From positions 320,001 to 384,000 of the forward strand of contig CAVUZH010000013.1 in the NCBI GenBank assembly GCA_963745835.1: DNA of 64,000 nt, read 5' to 3'. This DNA comes from an uncultured delta proteobacterium (lineage in GTDB: Bacteria; Desulfobacterota; Binatia; UBA9968). Shown in pieces: positions 50,976 through 61,481 of this stretch; the first letter of the stretch is position 1, and every line of letters starts with the position of its first letter. Made by a program: the position numbers and the translations under genes. A model generated the notes under the pieces. It made no database searches. It was not told the DNA's origin and was given only the letters and a program-made list of their open reading frames with translations.

Positions 50976-52907
50976 CTATCTCGTTGGAGTCAGCCACCCT
51001 CGCATCCCGGAGCAAAATCCGAGGCTGCCAGAGTCCGCCGCTTCAACCGGTTGGACTTCATGCATGCTGAGAAACTCCGCAAGCTGACTAACGGTCGGCA
51101 GTTCATAGGTGTTCACCGGCCGTCTCGGCGCGAACTTTTCTATGATCTCAGATGCGAGCTGCGTTGCTAGCAGCGAGTCGCTACCGAGCTCGAAAAAGCT
51201 ATCGTTAATGCCGACCCCATCGATTCCAAGGACCTCGGCGCAGAGGTTGCAAAGCGCCTTTTCCAGATCCGTCCCGGGCTGAACGTAAGGCGTTGCTAAC
51301 TCCGGACGAGAAATTCCCGGTGAAGGAAGGGCGCGGCGATCTATCTTCCCACCGGGTGTGAGCGGTAGTGAATCGACGGCAACATACCAAGAAGGCAGCA
51401 TGTACGGCGCCAATTTGGCTTGTAGCAGACCGCGCAAATCTCCGGTACTAAAGATCCCGCCATCCTGAGGCACAACATAAGCAACCAACCGATTGGCGCC
51501 GCGGCTGTCTCGCCAAGGCACAATGACGCCTTCTTTCACCTGTGGGATCTCCAATAACGCCCTCTCGACCGCTGAAACTTCGACGCGGTGCCCCCGCACC
51601 TTAACCTGGAAGTCTCTTCGCCCGACATGGAAGAGACAGCCGTCGGACGTCCGGTATCCCAAATCTCCGGTGAAATACGTGCGTCTGGTTTCGTCTCTCG
51701 GGTCGAACACAAACTTCGACCGCGTCAGTTCCGGCTGATGCCAATAGCCGACCGAAAGATAGCGGCTTCGAACCGCAATCTCGCCAACCTGATTGGCACC
51801 AACGTCATTTCCATCCTCATCGACTATCAAAATTTCATTGCCTTCGAGCGGATATCCCACGGGAACGTGTTCGCCGATGATCTCAGTATGCTTACGTATG
51901 AAAAGAGAACGCGATAGTTTACTCTTGCTTAGACCCAGACGAGTAACAAAAAGACATGAGTCAGAAAAATGGTTTTTGAGGAGGACAATGTTGTTTTTGG
52001 ATATCGGCTCTCCACCCACGTGTATCAAACGCAACTGGGGAAAAGAATTTTAATCCCCTTGACGTTCTTGACCGCCAGACGAAAGACCGACGTCACACAC
52101 GTAAAAGCAGTGATGTTTTCTTCCGCGAGCCAACGCCCCAAATCGGTTGATCCATCTTTCAGGTCAAGAGGTAATAAAGTAGCGCCGTTGAGTAAGCCGA
52201 GCAACGCATCGCGCGTGGCTCCGACATTGTTGGAACGAACCAAACTGATTCGGTCATCGGGCGTAATGTGTAACGCATTCGTGTTCGTCATGATGTTATG
52301 AATCTCGTTTCGATGATTCGCCATGACACCCTTCGGCTCGCCGGTAGATCCCGAGGTGTAGTGAATATACGCAAGATCACTTGCAGCGATCGCCGGTACC
52401 AGGATTGGCCTCCGAGAGCCCTGTGTCCAAATTGTCGATATTGACAACCGTCGTGGACTGCGCAGCTAGCTGATTTGCCAAAGCCAGATTGGCCTGATCG
52501 CAAAGAGACCATTTTTGTTAGGCGCAAAATCTTGAAGTATCCGAGTCAGTCTTGCCGGGGGAATCGAGTATTCGATGAACGAAGGGGCGGCGCGACTTCA
52601 GCACCGCGAAGCTGGCTATTATGGATGACACTCCCGGTTGACAGAGCACCGCCACCGGATCGTTGCTCATCGGATGAATAGGCAAAATCGCGTGAGCTGC
52701 TCTATTCACCGCCCGATTCAGCACCTCATAAGTAAGCTGCCGATCGCGAGTTCTTAAAGCTAGCCTCTGACCGTGCTCGCGTGCTCGTTGTTCAAAGCAA
52801 TCTGCAATGGCTCCCTCGAGATAATCCTTTTTGAATTCTACAAACGGATTGGCTGGACCAATGCGCCCATCGGCAATTATCGGCAATTCCGTTTTTGTGT
52901 TACTCAT
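50976..52907 (-). pseudogene. NRPS-1 loading module A-T, frameshifted into at least three ORFs
   Basis: LTYEVLNR (52518..52964), YTSGSTGEPKG (52025..52447), YFTGDLG, GRRDFQVKVRG and FFELGSDSL (50976..52034); ATG 52907 overlaps the upstream stop (ATGA). Confidence 0.8.
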
Positions 52908-55900
52908 GACACCATCGATGAGTTTGCGATTTTTGCGAGGCTTGCTTGGGCCGGAACAGACCAATGTGTCATTTTCATCGTATCGTAAAGCTCAATTGCC
53001 GCGCACAACTCCTCGCGCGCGAGTCGGGGCTGACCTTGGCCTAGTTTAAGATTACTCAACCCGGCGTGACAATGCGCCTCCAGTGGACTCATGCCCAATT
53101 CGTCAGCGAACGCTAAGGCACGCCGATAGTAGAGTCGCTTCATCGTCGCAGGCCGGGTGCGAACGCGCGGCAATATCGCCAAGAACTTTTAACGCCCATG
53201 CTTCGTGTCCTCGCTCCTTATGGGTTTGCGCAAACTCGAGCGCACGTCGCGCAACATCACCTGCCTCTGTAATTCGTCCTGACAACAAATACCCTTCACT
53301 TAGCCACACCATGCTAAGCGAAAGAAATCCGACCCTCCCCACCGAAGCGGAATTACTTACCCCCTGTTCCAGATAGGGTAGAGCCTCGGCAATTCGTCCC
53401 CCGGTGGCGTAGGCGGCTCCCAAACGGGAGGCGACGAAGGGCACGTACACAGGAACTCCTGCCGATTGGCAAATTTTCAAACTGAGTTCGAGTAATCGGA
53501 CGGCCTTTTCGCATTCACCGCGCAAGAGGAAAAGAAATCCAGGCTCAATTCGCATATATCCGGCTGACAGGATGTTCGACTTCATTAGCAATGCGGATAC
53601 CCTCCTCTCCGTCACGCATGCCTTGATCAAACTCACCGGTCGCAGCAAGGCATTGAACTAAATGGCTCCGGCACACAACGGAGATCACAAGCGTTGTTCC
53701 GAATCGTTCATGCCTTAGCTCCGCTTTAATCCCTTGCAGACCTCGCTTGAGGACGTCAATCGCTTCTCTGTAACTTCCCATCTTGTTATAGGCAGCGCCC
53801 AAGTAATAATGCGCCACCGCACCAATAGACGGATCAACGCCCACGATCGGCAAAGCCAGAGCGCGCCGCCCGTATGATACTGCCCCATCAGGATCGCCAG
53901 CGATGCCCGCATAACTACACAAGAAATTAAGAACTCGCCCGATTCTGGGTTCGTCGCCGAGTGTTTGAGCGAGCGTTTCCGCTTCTTTTAGATATTGATG
54001 GAGCTTCCTAGAGTCGCCTAACAAGAATAGTGCGTTACGTAACTGTAAACGCAAATCGATAGCCCATTCCAGTTTTGACCGCGAATCATTCACATGATCC
54101 AAAGCCTCTAGGCCTCGCTCTAGGAACGATACGGCTTCTTTGCACGCAGAACATGCTAGAGCCTTTGCCGCAGCTTGACTCAAGTATGGGACTGCCTTAT
54201 CCCACAACTCCCCGCGAAAAGCATGACGCGCAAGCGTCTCAACATAGTCCTGCAGATTGGTATCTTGGATCGCTTCGAGCGCGCTCACAACCCGTGCGTG
54301 GAGAGCAACCCTTCGGTCGTGGAGCAACGCGCCATACGCAACTTCGTTGGTGAGAGCATGCTTGAACGTATACTCTAGTTTTGGAAAAAGATTCGTTTCA
54401 TAAATAAATTCAGCGGACCTGAGATGGGCTAGATATTCAAAAAGCTGGTCGTCTGGTAGCTCCGAGACCGCCTGGAGCAGATCAAAAGGAATGATTACTC
54501 CGATCACAGCGGCAGTCTGAAGAAGATGTTTCTCTTCGACGGGCAGACGATCGATACGATCCGCTACAACGTTTTGCACCGTGCTTGGGATAATGAAATC
54601 ATCAATTTTCAGTCCAGGCCGGTAAGCCCCTTTCTCTCCGGTCAAAACCCCGGTTTCCAGCAAAGACCTCACGCTTTCTTCAGCAAAGAAGGGATTTCCT
54701 TCAGTGCGCTTGATTAATAGTTGTTTGAGGGACAAAAGGTCAGGATTATCTCCGAGTAGCTTTGATAAGAATTCTTCGACGCTACTCGTCTGGAGCGGAT
54801 CAACGCGAAGTTGAGTGTAATAGCTTTTTTCCGACCATCCGTGATTATACTCGGGCCGATAATTAACGAGGAGCAAGAGGTGGGCCATGGGAAGACTATC
54901 AACCAGACCGTCAAGAAACGATTGGGTTTCATGATCGATCCAGTGGAGGTCTTCGAAAACCAGCAGCAGATTTTGTCTTTGGCTTTCCCGGAGACACATC
55001 CGTTTGAGTGCATCTAAAGTTTGACGGCGACGCTGCTGCGGATCCATGGAGTTAAAGCGTCGGATGGACTCCTCGATATCTTGGAGCGGTACTAGCCAGT
55101 CACGCTCCTGCCCGGGGTCGGTAGTACCTGCATCCGGATAGGCGCCGAGCAATGAGAGGACTGGCGGGATTGCATCTTTGAGTGTGCTGTCCAGTTCTAA
55201 TATACGCGTCACAACTTGGCTTCGGATGTTCTCGCTCGATTCCCCACCGTTAATTCCGAAATAGCGCCGCAACATCTCGGTCAGTGGGAAATACGGCGTT
55301 GCCTTACCGTAAGAAACTGATGTGCCTTCGAGCACCAGCCACCCTGTGGGCAGCTGGTGACGAGTAAACTCGTGCACCAAGCGCGACTTACCGATACCGG
55401 GTTCGCCAATCATCGCCAATACTTGACCGCTGCCAGCGCTCACACGCTGGACCAGTTTGTTGAAGATGTCGATTTCTGCGTTGCGTCCCACTAGTGGCGT
55501 CAACCCGCGAGTAGCGCCAGCTTGGACGCGCGTCCGTGCTGAAGTGGCACTGACGAGATCGTATGCTTCCACAGGCTGCGAAAGCCCTTTGGCTTGGACC
55601 CCGCCGAGTGATTTCACTTCGACAAAACCTTCGACCTGCCGCAAAGTAGAGGCCGTCATCAGTATTGAGCCGCGACCTGCAAGCCCCTGCATCCTGGCTG
55701 CCAAATTCGACGTGTGGCCTAAAGCCGAGTATTCGATATTGAGATCATTGTCGATGGACCGGACCACGACCTCCCCGGAATTCATTCCAACACCGATTTG
55801 TAATCCCGATTCTTCCGCTTGGCCGAGCCTCTGGCGGTAGCGTCGCATGTCTTCTTGCATAGCCAATGCCGCATAACACGCGCGCAACTGCATGATCCTC

Positions 55901-56362
55901 ATGAGCCAACGGTGCGCCAAACAGCGCCATGATGCCGTCGCCCAGATATGATTGACGGTTCCTTCATAACGATGCACCGCGTCCATCATGGCTTTTAGGA
56001 TTGGATCTAGTAGCTTCTGTGCCTCCTCGGGATCGAGCCCTTCCACGAGGCGTGTGGAATCTTTAATGTCGGCAAATAAGATCGTCACCTGCTTTCGCTC
56101 ACCTTCTAAAGTGTGGCGCTCAGCGAGGATTTTTTCGGCAAGGTGTTTGGGAATAGGTGGCTGGCGTGCTGAAGTGTTCTGCGATGAAGTCTGAGTTGCA
56201 ATCGCTGGTCGGCTAAGTCGACTGGCCGCATTTTTTACAAAACTTTGCCCCCCGGCGATTAGCCTCACCGCAGCTTGAACACGCGGTTTCCAGCGGCGTG
56301 CCGCACTCATCGCAAAACGCCGCGGTGTCAGGATTCTGATTCTTACAACGAGGGCAATTCAA
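52904..56362 (-). CDS. Double zinc-ribbon + class III adenylate/guanylate cyclase + P-loop NTPase + TPR protein (several frameshifts)
   Basis: TTG 56362: CPRC..FCDECG..CSSCG..FCKKCG; ERKQVTILFADI, MALFGAP..HEDHA, NLAARMQ; Walker A GEPGIGKS, Walker B LVFEDLHW; EGNPFF, FKHAL; helical TPR-like C-terminus. Confidence 0.87.
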
Positions 56363-56452
56363 CTTCAGCTTCTCCGTGCTTCAGCTAGACCGTTGTGTCA
56401 GATCGCGCGGTAGTTCGGTAGGCCTAAAGAAGAAGCTGTACGATCTTTTAAT

Positions 56453-57226
56453 CTATTCCCTATTCAATATTCCGACAACTGGTTCATTTCCATTCCCGCT
56501 GTTTGAGTCCCATTGGCTAACATGCATCCGGCACTGCGAGCCAGAGAAAACAATGGCGGCAGCGTAGCCTGCTACAGATTCTATATCCTCCATGTACCAG
56601 CGGGACGCTTCTTCTGAAGCCCCTCTGACGTGTAACAATCTTGCCGGCTGCCCCGGCACTAGCGAAACATCAAAATCCGATAAAGGACAACTCAGTCCAT
56701 CGCCAAGAGCCTTTATGAAGGCTTCCTTTCGGGTCCAACACTTAAAGAAGGCAATTCTCTGCATGTCTCGCGGCAAGCTGCGGAATGCTGCCACCTCAAC
56801 CTTAGAAAAAAAACGTTCGGCAACACTCTCGATCGGAAATTCATGATTTACCAACTCAATGTCTATGCCAACAGGACGATCTCGTGTGATCGCGTAAATT
56901 GCCGTTCCGGCCGAATGAGCCAAGTTGAATTGAATCGCCGGTCGACCTTCCTGTCTTCGTATGCCGGGTTTGCCGTGGCTGCCATAGGTGAAGATAATTT
57001 CATTAGCTGGCAGTCCAAGGTAAGGGCTCAAGATTACCCGCAACAGGCCTCGTCCAGCGACAAACCGTTCGCGGTCCTTATGAAAGCGAAAGCGGTTCGC
57101 TCTGTTGGTTTCAGCCTCGGCAAGAATGCTTTCAAAAAACCTGAGTTCCGATTCCCGCCGGTCCAAAGAAGCGATGCGGACATGTACCTCACCTTGGCCC
57201 AAGGGCGCCACTTCAATGCCTGTCAT
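56453..57226 (-). CDS. Sfp-type 4'-phosphopantetheinyl transferase
   Basis: HGKP, FNLAHS, VGIDIE, WTRKEAFIKALG.GL. Confidence 0.94.
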   Translation of the reverse strand: MTGIEVAPLGQGEVHVRIASLDRRESELRFFESILAEAETNRANRFRFHKDRERFVAGRGLLRVILSPYLGLPANEIIFTYGSHGKPGIRRQEGRPAIQFNLAHSAGTAIYAITRDRPVGIDIELVNHEFPIESVAERFFSKVEVAAFRSLPRDMQRIAFFKCWTRKEAFIKALGDGLSCPLSDFDVSLVPGQPARLLHVRGASEEASRWYMEDIESVAGYAAAIVFSGSQCRMHVSQWDSNSGNGNEPVVGILNRE

Positions 57227-57457
57227 GTTGTCCTGAGATTGCCGCCGATCGTAGTATTCTCGCCAGGGGACTGGCCTCTCCTAACATAATCCCAGGCAAC
57301 CAATCAAACGAAATGTTTTGCTCTATCATGGTGTTAGAGCTGCGATAAAACGAGCGCAATCGCAGCAGCATCAACTCGAACCCTTCGGACATAACGACGG
57401 GCACAAATACCATTTGAACCGAGAAATGATCGTTGAAGAAAAGAAGACTGCGAATAA

Positions 57458-57486
57458 TTCAGGGGAGGGCTTTTCCCTCCCCTGAA
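57458..57486 (-). terminator. Stem-loop, probable terminator or mRNA-stabilising hairpin
   Basis: TTCAGGGGAGGG-CTTTT-CCCTCCCCTGAA: perfect 12-bp stem 15 bp after the stop of 57502..57819; short U tract. Confidence 0.65.
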
Positions 57487-57501
57487 CTGCGACTCATCGT
57501 T

Positions 57502-57798
57502 TCAATCACCGTCAGCGAACCCGCGCATAAGCAGCTGTCTCTGAAAGCGGATCTCATCTAATCCCAACGGGTCGTGATCGCACGAGCCGTAGAAATCAAT
57601 GCTGTTGCCGGCACTCTCGTTCAGCACCGGGTTACCGGAGAATAGTGACTCTTCGCTGATCGGGGGGAACTTCATGTGGCAGTAGCTGGTGGTCTCGGCA
57701 GGCACCGTGAGCATTACTTCCTGGCTGCCCACTGTCGTCACTCCCCAGAACAATGTCGAAGAGATAATCAAGTTGGTTAGAAGCGATATAGTTTTCAT
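57502..57798 (-). CDS. Small secreted protein with two Cys (YCHMKFP...DFYGSCDHDPLG)
   Basis: AGGAGGTG RBS before MKTIS (57798); signal peptide; preceded by a sigma54 motif and followed by a hairpin. Confidence 0.75.
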   Translation of the reverse strand: MKTISLLTNLIISSTLFWGVTTVGSQEVMLTVPAETTSYCHMKFPPISEESLFSGNPVLNESAGNSIDFYGSCDHDPLGLDEIRFQRQLLMRGFADGD

Positions 57799-57848
57799 CT
57801 TTCTCACCTCCTTTCTCATCTAAATTTCACTTGCTGCATCATCTTCAT

Positions 57849-57864
57849 TGCATCGCTTGTGCCA
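57849..57864 (-). promoter_or_regulatory. Putative sigma54 (-24/-12) promoter
   Basis: Minus strand TGGCACAAGCGATGCA, close to consensus TGGCAC-N5-TTGC with exact GG-N10-GC spacing. Confidence 0.7.
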
Positions 57865-58196
57865 ATGGCGGAAAGCTTCTGTGACCATCATAGCCGGCCC
57901 GTTTGGTTGAGCTTTCATTCAACCCGCGCCCTAAACGGCTACCGCAGAGCATCGGTCAGAATGCTATCAATCAAAAGTAGCAACATAGTTCACAGTGAGA
58001 CCCGGAACTTGGTTAACAGTGGGTTATTCACAGTTCATCCAATTGAGATGATCAGACAGGTAGTGATGGTTGCGGTGAGGCGGAATTGATCCTTTTTGGT
58101 CTGCGAGTCCGAAAACAGCGGCAGTTGACATTGAAGACCGTAGTAAATTACGTTCCCGGAGGACAAAGTGCTAATCAGATCCATGGAAGGATACAT

Positions 58197-59057
58197 ATGA
58201 TTGACACCGGATATAGGGGATTCCGCCTTGAGGAAATGGAATATCAATATAATCCGCGCGAATCGGTGCCGGAGTATCCGCAGCTGGCGCAGAAGCGCGC
58301 CGAAGAAGCGCGCAAGGTACGCGAAAGCGCGAAATCTTGGTTGGGGGTGCCTTACGGCAGTTCGCCGCGTGAGAAGCTGGACATTTACCCCGCAGATCAG
58401 CCGGGTGGCCCAGTTCTAATCTACATTCACGGCGGCTATTGGCGCAGCGGCAGCAAAGAGGATAACTGCAATTTCGTCCCTGTATTCACCAAAGGCGGCG
58501 CATCGGTCGTCCTGATCGAGTACGATCTCTGTCCTGCCGTGACCGTTTCAGACATCGTCCGCCAGATGCGCTCTGCCATCGCCTGGGTTTACAGGAATAT
58601 TTTACGCTACAGCGGCAATCCTGCGAGAATTTATCTCTCGGGTCATTCCGCGGGCGGGCATCTAACGGCGATGGCGCTGGCGCACGATTGGGCGAGCGAA
58701 GGTCTCCCTAGAAACCTCATCAAAGGTGCTGTCGCGACTTCCGGCGTCTATGACCTCGATATGGTGATGCGCATCAGCGTCCAGGAACAGGTCAGGCTCA
58801 CGCCCGAATTGGCGAAAAGGAACAGCCCATTTCATCATCCGCCGCTATCCATTTGTCCGGTCATTGTGGCGGTCGGCGGCGCCGAACCCAAAGGCTGGCA
58901 GCAAATGTCAGAGGATTTTTTCAACCTTTGCAAAGAGCGCGGCGTAAATTGTGAATATCTCATCATCCCCGGCGCCAATCATTACACCATGTCGGAGCAT
59001 TTAGCCGATGCCGATAGCCCGCTGGCGCAAGCCATGCTGAGACAGATGGAACTCTAA
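58197..59057 (+). CDS. Alpha/beta hydrolase, arylformamidase/kynurenine formamidase-like
   Basis: IHGGYW, YDLCP, GHSAGGHL, SGVYDL, NHY. Confidence 0.87.
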   Translation: MIDTGYRGFRLEEMEYQYNPRESVPEYPQLAQKRAEEARKVRESAKSWLGVPYGSSPREKLDIYPADQPGGPVLIYIHGGYWRSGSKEDNCNFVPVFTKGGASVVLIEYDLCPAVTVSDIVRQMRSAIAWVYRNILRYSGNPARIYLSGHSAGGHLTAMALAHDWASEGLPRNLIKGAVATSGVYDLDMVMRISVQEQVRLTPELAKRNSPFHHPPLSICPVIVAVGGAEPKGWQQMSEDFFNLCKERGVNCEYLIIPGANHYTMSEHLADADSPLAQAMLRQMEL

Positions 59058-59065
59058 GTTCCGTT

Positions 59066-59101
59066 GTTCAAAAGGTTCAAATCGTTCGATACGTTCAAGC
59101 C
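59066..59101 (+). repeat. Nonamer tandem repeat GTTC(A/G)ANNN x4
   Basis: GTTCAAAAG GTTCAAATC GTTCGATAC GTTCAAGCC just after the stop codon. Confidence 0.6.
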
Positions 59102-59509
59102 GGTGGAGATCACCCTAAAGATGCACCCGGTAGGCTGATCCCGGCGGGATGTGGGAAAAATGCTTCAGCAGTCTAATAGGTGATATTCATGCCCAGAGGG
59201 AAAGCTACGAACTGTGTCGTCGAGGGATGAGCCTAGAGAAGTGAACGCATGGCAACGAACAGCTTCAAGGTTATCGTTGATGTTTGGATTCAGGATATCT
59301 TTCAAATTGCCGAACAACGACTAGTATGCACAAGCGCACTTTGTAGCAGCTCTCAAAGTGGACCCTAAGGCAATGGAGGCTTAGCAGCGCACTTAAGGAA
59401 GACTCATGGTTCCAGTGCGATCGTGGAAACGGCGTTAGCAGTGCTTTTTGGGACGTGGGGCTCTCTGCGTCTCGTTTTTAAGCTGCCGGTTAATCATGAA
59501 CAATCCGCC

Positions 59510-60025
59510 TTAGATCACCGCGTCATCGTAACCGGCATCGCCGGTCTGCTCCGGCCGAAAAAGATTCCACGACTCGATCCACCTGCGTGTGCGCTCGAAA
59601 GCATCTTGCGGATAAGGCTCGAATACCAGGCGCTCACCAGGACCGAACCTACGAACATCCACCAGCGGGTGATATCTCTCCGGCAGCTCACGCAAAAAAT
59701 AGTGCTTATAGAGCTCCGGCGATAGATCGATATCACGCTGCGCCCGGCGCAGAGCCTTGAAGTATTTCTCGACGTTCTCGCGATCGGCACTCTCGGTAGC
59801 CAAATGGCCGATCATGAAAGTGGTGTGGACAAGCTTACGAAAACCAAGCTGTTCCACGACATAGAAGGGCACGCCAAAGAGGCTGGCCGCCGGCACAAGG
59901 CGATCAACAAGCAATGCCAGCCGATCGAGAAGCAAGCCGGCAAAGTGGAATTTGATCTGGTCGCGCCGAAGAAACGTCTCAAGACCCTGAAGAGTCGAGA
60001 AATGGCTACCCGAGTGATAGCCGAG
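59510..60025 (-). pseudogene. 5'-truncated ABC substrate-binding-protein-like gene
   Basis: Frame reads LGYHSGSHFSTLQGLE...YFKALRRAQRDID...FGPGERLVFEPY; upstream in-frame TGA at ~60041-60043; no plausible start. Confidence 0.6.
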
Positions 60026-60104
60026 GTCAAGGGGTGCATGTCAGGTCTAAAGCAAGTGGACACCCGCGCCGCGATTCGTTAAGTGTAGCTGTCAAGAGAA
60101 TACC

Positions 60105-60995
60105 ATGCCCTACTGCTATCCACCGGATCCAAATACCAAAAAGCCGCACTTCACTCCGCCAGCCGAAGCCTGCGATACTCATTTCCACGTCTTTGGCCCG
60201 CCGGAAAACTTCCCGTTCGTTTCGACCCACGAGTACACTCCCCCGGCGGCGCCGCTGGAGCATTATCAAAAAATGGCCTCGATCATCGGCATCCAGCGGG
60301 CCGTGGTCGTGCAACCAAGCGTGCACGGGCTCGACAACTCGGCGACACTCGATGCGATTGCCAATTCACGCGGACGCTTCCGCGGCGTCGGCCGTATCGA
60401 CGACAAAACCTCCAAGGCCGAGTTGCAAAAGCTGCATGACGGCGGCATACGCGGCGTCCGTTTCAATTTGCTCGACCGTCCGCGCGGTAACATATCACTC
60501 GATGTCTTCGATCGCTGTGTGGAGCACATCGTCGCGTTGGGCTGGTCGGTGGATCTGCACATCGATACCAAGAATTTACTGGAACAGGAGAAGCGGATTC
60601 GCGCACTGCCTTTGCCGGTTGTTATCGACCATATCGCCCGGATCAAACCGGCCGAAGGTTTGAATCAGCCGGCTTTTCAGCTGCTGCTGGATCTAATGAG
60701 AGAAAAACACGTCTGGGTAAAGGTCAGCGGCGCCGACAAAATCTGCAATAGCCTAGTTCACGACTACTTCGGACTGCCGTTTGTCGAAGTGATTCCGTAT
60801 GCGCGAGCGGTGATCGCTGCGGCGCCGGATCGTGTCATCTGGGGTACCGATTGGCCCCATTCCAACAATTTCGTGCCGGGCCACACGCCTAACGATGGCG
60901 ACCTGGTGGATCTGCTGGCTGAATTCGCGCCGGATGAGCAAACGAGAAGAAAAATTCTTGTCGCGAATCCGGCAAAATTATACGGCTTCGAGTAG
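60105..60995 (+). CDS. Amidohydrolase_2 family, 2-pyrone-4,6-dicarboxylate lactonase (LigI)-like
   Basis: CDTHFHVFGP, VVVQPS, GVRFN, VIDHIA, WVKVSG, WGTDWPH, NPAKLYGF. Confidence 0.87.
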   Translation: MPYCYPPDPNTKKPHFTPPAEACDTHFHVFGPPENFPFVSTHEYTPPAAPLEHYQKMASIIGIQRAVVVQPSVHGLDNSATLDAIANSRGRFRGVGRIDDKTSKAELQKLHDGGIRGVRFNLLDRPRGNISLDVFDRCVEHIVALGWSVDLHIDTKNLLEQEKRIRALPLPVVIDHIARIKPAEGLNQPAFQLLLDLMREKHVWVKVSGADKICNSLVHDYFGLPFVEVIPYARAVIAAAPDRVIWGTDWPHSNNFVPGHTPNDGDLVDLLAEFAPDEQTRRKILVANPAKLYGFE

Positions 60996-61033
60996 TTTTG
61001 AAAACGACAGCCGCCTTCCAGGAGGAATTCGCC

Positions 61034-61456
61034 ATGATTAAAATAACCGACGACATGAAGGACCGAATCAACAAGGCCTTCGATGAAAAAAAGTACTGCG
61101 TCTGGGCAACGACGTCCAGCGATGGGTATCCGGATCTCAGTTTCCGAGGCAGCACTCATGTATTCGACGACGAGCATATCGCCTTCTGGGATCGTTCATT
61201 GGGTACCAGCAGCACCAATCTCGAAAACAATCCTCATGTCTGCATGCTCTACTATGACTCCGCCGCGCGCATCGGCTGGCGTTTTTATGGCACCGCGACA
61301 GTCTATAAGGAAGGTGACTTGCGACAGCAGATCATGAAGCGTGTCGTGAAAGGCGAGATCGACAAGGATCCCGAGCGCAAAGGCTATGGCGTGCTCGTTC
61401 GCATCGACAAGATCCGCGGCTACAGCGGCTTCAACATCGTTCAAGAACGTGAATAA
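61034..61456 (+). CDS. Pyridoxamine 5'-phosphate oxidase-like FMN-binding protein
   Basis: AT.S.DG.PDLSFRGS, NLENNPHV; GGAGG RBS. Confidence 0.8.
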   Translation: MIKITDDMKDRINKAFDEKKYCVWATTSSDGYPDLSFRGSTHVFDDEHIAFWDRSLGTSSTNLENNPHVCMLYYDSAARIGWRFYGTATVYKEGDLRQQIMKRVVKGEIDKDPERKGYGVLVRIDKIRGYSGFNIVQERE

Positions 61457-61481
61457 CAACGATGAGAGCAGCAAGCGAAAG

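Noticed and set aside
57213-57413. 66-aa ORF as a RiPP precursor or MbtH protein
   Set aside because: No RBS, no MbtH Trp pattern and no leader motif.
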